Assembly (NCBI GenBank): GCA_964106915.2
Contig: OZ066926.1
Origin: Podarcis gaigeae
Taxonomy: Eukaryota
Direction: 5' to 3' (one strand)
Length of the DNA stretch: 64,000 nt
A program made the position numbers and the translations under genes. The notes below the pieces were generated by a model. The model made no database searches. It had not been told where the DNA came from and was given only the letters and a program-made list of their open reading frames with translations. Shown here one piece after another: positions 61,150 through 64,000 of the stretch; positions within the stretch are counted from its first letter, which is position 1; each line of letters opens with the position of its first letter.

Positions 61150-63927
61150 TCTTTTCTATTTCTATATTCCTTTCACTCTCCCCCCCCCTTCTCTTTATGT
61201 TTTTACTATATTTAAAGTCTTAGTTTGGGCAAAAAAAGGGGGGAATATGTTTGATATTAAATTATGTATTTTTCTGTATAAAATTTATTTTTTAAAAAAA
61301 GGAAAGGAAAAGTGACAACAGAGGAAGGCAGTGGTCAAATGGCCAAAGTTACCGAGCCCCAAAAGTCGAGCACTCCTTGCCATAACCAACAGGGCAGGTG
61401 TGCTGTCTAGCAGTAAAAAATTAAAAAGAAGCATCCAGGTACACAGAAGTATATTTACAGGATCTTTATGCAATAGAGTTGGGGACCAGAATCACTCAAC
61501 AATATGCAGGAGGGGATCCTCCTGAGAAGCTACCAATCAGAACAATTGTGATTAAAATCTACCACCAGGCCATTCCAAAGGATGCAGCGCTCTCCATCAA
61601 AAGCCTCCCCCAACCCTCCCAAGATTCGGCAAGCAACATTCGGCATATAGTTTAAGATCGAGAAAGTTGAGGGAAACCAGCAGGTCTGCTCACGTGCACA
61701 AGGGATGTGTGTCTTTAAGTTTTCTCCTGTACTGACCGCTCTTTGCAAAAAAAGTTAGAAAAGGTACACCTCATTTAACTGCGCCAGTATGCATAAGGAT
61801 GGTCTTACCTTATCTGATTTTCTCTTTTTTGCTAGGAAGGAAAAGAGACGAGACTATTTTAACAAAGCACCCCAAGAACAAAGCAGAGTCTCTGTTAGCT
61901 CAAGGGCCAGTTCTGACAAATGCTTTCTGCAAAACCTTCCAGCGTTTCCCAAACTTGGGTCTCCATCTGTTTCTGGAATACAATTCCCATCATTCCTGAC
62001 CACTGGTCCTGCTAGCTCGAGATGATGTGAGTTGTAGTCCAAAAACAGCTGGAGACCTCAAGTTTAGGAAACATTGTAGACAAAATGCTGCACAATGATA
62101 TTCTAAGTCAAATGATGATATTCATCAACATGATAAAGCCTTGGCCTACCAATCTGAAAAAAAGAACAAACCCAGTTCTGTCTAGTGTTTTCTGGCTGTT
62201 TCCCCTGTCCTGTGCTTTCTTTATAAAGCCAAACATCTGATGCAAATGGACAACTTTTGAACTGGGCTACATGCTCCCATAGGCCAGAGCTGCCTATGGG
62301 GAACCTGTGGTCATCCAGATGTTGCTAGACTTCAACTCCCATCAGCCCTAACATGGTCCATTGTCAGGGATGGCAGGAGTTGTGGTTCAGCAACATCTGC
62401 ATCTGTTAGACCAGTCCCTCCTCTATTGCCTTAGCTGTCCACCTAAAGGAATTTCTTTTGTTCCATCTGTAAATCATTCCCGTTTTCGTCAAGTTACGGT
62501 TTGGTTTATCCGTATTATCTGAACACCCTTTCCTTTGAGGTTTTATTGTTGCAAGCCAGAAAACAGTACAGAATATGCTATTTATAAACAGAATAAATAA
62601 TACGCCACCAAACCCCTTCCTTGTCTTACCTTTCTTCTCGGATCCATATGACCAGTCATTATCATTTATATCGTCGTTGTCTTCTTGGTCACTCTCGGAT
62701 TTGTTCATGTTGTTACTGCTTGCTATCCTATAGCAAAAGGAACAGGAAGAGAAAAAAGAAAGTGAGCTAGACAGCTTTGCAGTGGGAGGAGGAAAAGTCT
62801 CAGCAGCAGTTTCGAATGGCAAAGATGACACTTAATGGTGATTAACTTCCCCTGAAAGTTACATGGCCACATCTGAAGGCCAGCTCGTAACTAACAGGGA
62901 TGCCTGTGTTCCCACCACTGTCTTCCTCTGCAAAGCGCAGGCACAAGGCTGTGCTCCATGACACATTACAAGTTCCCACAAGGAGGTGAAGCCCCCAAGC
63001 AAGACTGGCAAATATCTACATGAACTGAGCAGGTGGCCCTAGAAGCTGCTCCCACACCCATGCCAACAAGGCAAGGGGGTTCTTGCCCAAAAACGAAATT
63101 TTAAAAAGGGGTCCCTGTTGAAGGAAAATTTGAAAACCCTGCTATTAGGATACAGTGCAGTGGAGCAAGGAGAGTCAAAGCCAAACCACACTTTCTTCTG
63201 ATTTGTCACCAGCAGCAGGTTCTTAAATATGCCATTGCAATTATAACACTTTTTGAGTGTTTATAGCAATTCACACAAAACCCCTCAGTACTCCCTTTCA
63301 ATATCCCTCTGAATTCCGTGTAATGATCCCCATATGGAAGACCGGGGATGGGGAGAAGAAGAAAATAAGGGTCAGGACAGAGAACAGCAGCTTTACCAAG
63401 GCCATTTGGACTTGGGAAGGTCAGGGGCAGAGGCAAGATTTGAACCCTCTCTTAGCCACAACTCCAGACCAGACCAGACCAGGCAATTGCTAGTGTTGAT
63501 CTGGGCTGTATTTTCCAGCCATAAGCTTCTTAGCGGTGCATAATTTAAGTTCAGCACAGCAAAGACATCAAAACATTGCTTTAAGCACAGGATATGCACA
63601 ACCTGGTATGAACCGGAAGCCAAAAGTTCACCCGTTTTTGGCATTTGTTCCTTCTTCCAGAAATCCTACCCTCGGCCTTCTCACAACCCTCGCCACCCGA
63701 AACACCATTTTGAGAGGTTTGGTTTTCCGGCAAGGCTTCGATTCTTAGACCTCACCTCCTATTGGCAATGCGGCTGCTGTTCCGGCCCATGCCAAGGCAC
63801 TTCTCCAAGTGTGGGGCAAAGCGGGAGGCGGCAATGCTTCGGCTGCAGTTTGGGCAAACACATTCCTTGTTCTTCCACTGGTTGTAGACCTGGCCAAAGA
63901 TATCCAGTCCTGGCTGATCTACAATTT
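51527..63927 (-). CDS. ATXN7L3: Ataxin-7-like protein 3 (SAGA deubiquitinase module, Sgf11 orthologue); 5' exons lie beyond the window end
   Basis: Exons in transcript order: 63927-63756, 62727-62630, 61831-61809, 60693-60648, 59265-59234, 59001-58933, 57546-57503, 55397-55326, 53384-53251, 51678-51527 (TGA). Phases are consistent. Sgf11 zinc finger [28 protein letters not shown]; SCA7 domain [22 protein letters not shown]; ends [11 protein letters not shown]. Confidence 0.96.
51760..51985. mobile_element. Tigger/pogo-like MITE
   Basis: TA|CAGTGGTACCTCG...AAGGTACCACTG|TA. Confidence 0.85.
52911..53124. mobile_element. Tigger/pogo-like MITE
   Basis: TA|CAGTGGTACCTTG...ATACCACCG|TA; interior similar to the 51760 copy. 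Confidence 0.8.
53835..54169 (-). mobile_element. Sauria SINE with B-box deletion
   Basis: 13-bp TSD tgtaaaagcagta / tgtaagagcagta (one mismatch); lacks the attcgaaccgcc segment present in the 24653 copy. Confidence 0.88.
56541..57030 (-). mobile_element. L2 LINE 3' end with (TAG)/(TTA) tail
   Basis: Minus-strand peptide [11 protein letters not shown]...[39 protein letters not shown]. Confidence 0.8.
58430..58563 (-). mobile_element. Short SINE-like element: tRNA-Ile-like head plus CR1 tail
   Basis: Minus strand gcctggatagttcagtaggtttagagcacggggctgataagcaggttgcaggttcagtccccgtatgggaca, then attcctgcattgcagggggttggactagatgatcctcagggtcccttccaactct. Confidence 0.7.
59399..59540. mobile_element. 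hAT MITE
   Basis: TIRs CAGGCATGTCCAAC / GTTGGACATGCCTA; perfect 8-bp TSD GTATATTT. Confidence 0.85.
59843..59983 (-). mobile_element. Short SINE-like element: tRNA-Lys-like head plus CR1 tail
   Basis: Minus strand atagcttatttggtagaacatgagactcctaatcttagggtcatgagttcgagccttacattgggtg, then attcctgtgttgcagggagttggactgggtgaccctgcagtcccttccaactctatgatcctat. Confidence 0.72.
60276..60529. mobile_element. Tigger/pogo-like MITE with internal CAAGACGAA subterminal repeats
   Basis: TA|CAGTGGTACCTC...GAGGTACCACTG|TA; interior differs from the other CAGTGGTACC elements. Confidence 0.8.
60770..61290 (+). mobile_element. Degraded LINE-1 3' end containing a (TC)n microsatellite (61090..61145)
   Basis: Broken similarity to an ORF2 C-terminus, followed by AT-rich 3'UTR-like sequence. 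Confidence 0.4.
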
Positions 63928-64000
63928 CTGGGAGTAGGGAAGAAATGGGAGATGATTTCTCAAGCGGGAGGGTGGGGAGGGACTGGCTGAATCCAAAGGA

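Overview
This is vertebrate genomic DNA, not prokaryotic. The repeat content (Sauria SINEs, BovB, CR1, L2) plus a V2R gene points to a squamate reptile, probably a lizard (inference). Genes in order: the last two exons of a vomeronasal type-2 receptor (+), complete HROB/C17orf53 (+, 10 coding exons, 685 aa), complete ASB16 (+, 5 exons, 458 aa), TMUB2 (+, 2 coding exons, 300 aa) and the 3' ten coding exons of ATXN7L3 (-). All exon chains were assembled by hand with GT-AG junctions and consistent phases. The HROB-ASB16-TMUB2-ATXN7L3 order matches human 17q21.31 as I recall it. The main observations are: (i) a full-length 6.09 kb LINE-1 with two open ORFs and a perfect 15-bp TSD, in sense orientation in ASB16 intron 1, with splice-signal-like and antisense-promoter-like features in its 5'UTR; (ii) an 86-bp, 91%-identical inverted repeat in the HROB CpG-island promoter, beside a CDE/CHR-like element; (iii) short SINE-like elements in which three different tRNA heads (Asn-, Ile-, Lys-like) join the same CR1 3' tail at the same point; (iv) nested or split transposons. 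There are no CRISPR arrays, rRNA or intact tRNA genes. I cannot establish from sequence alone that any of these is a new biological system. Most ORF-track entries are spurious.
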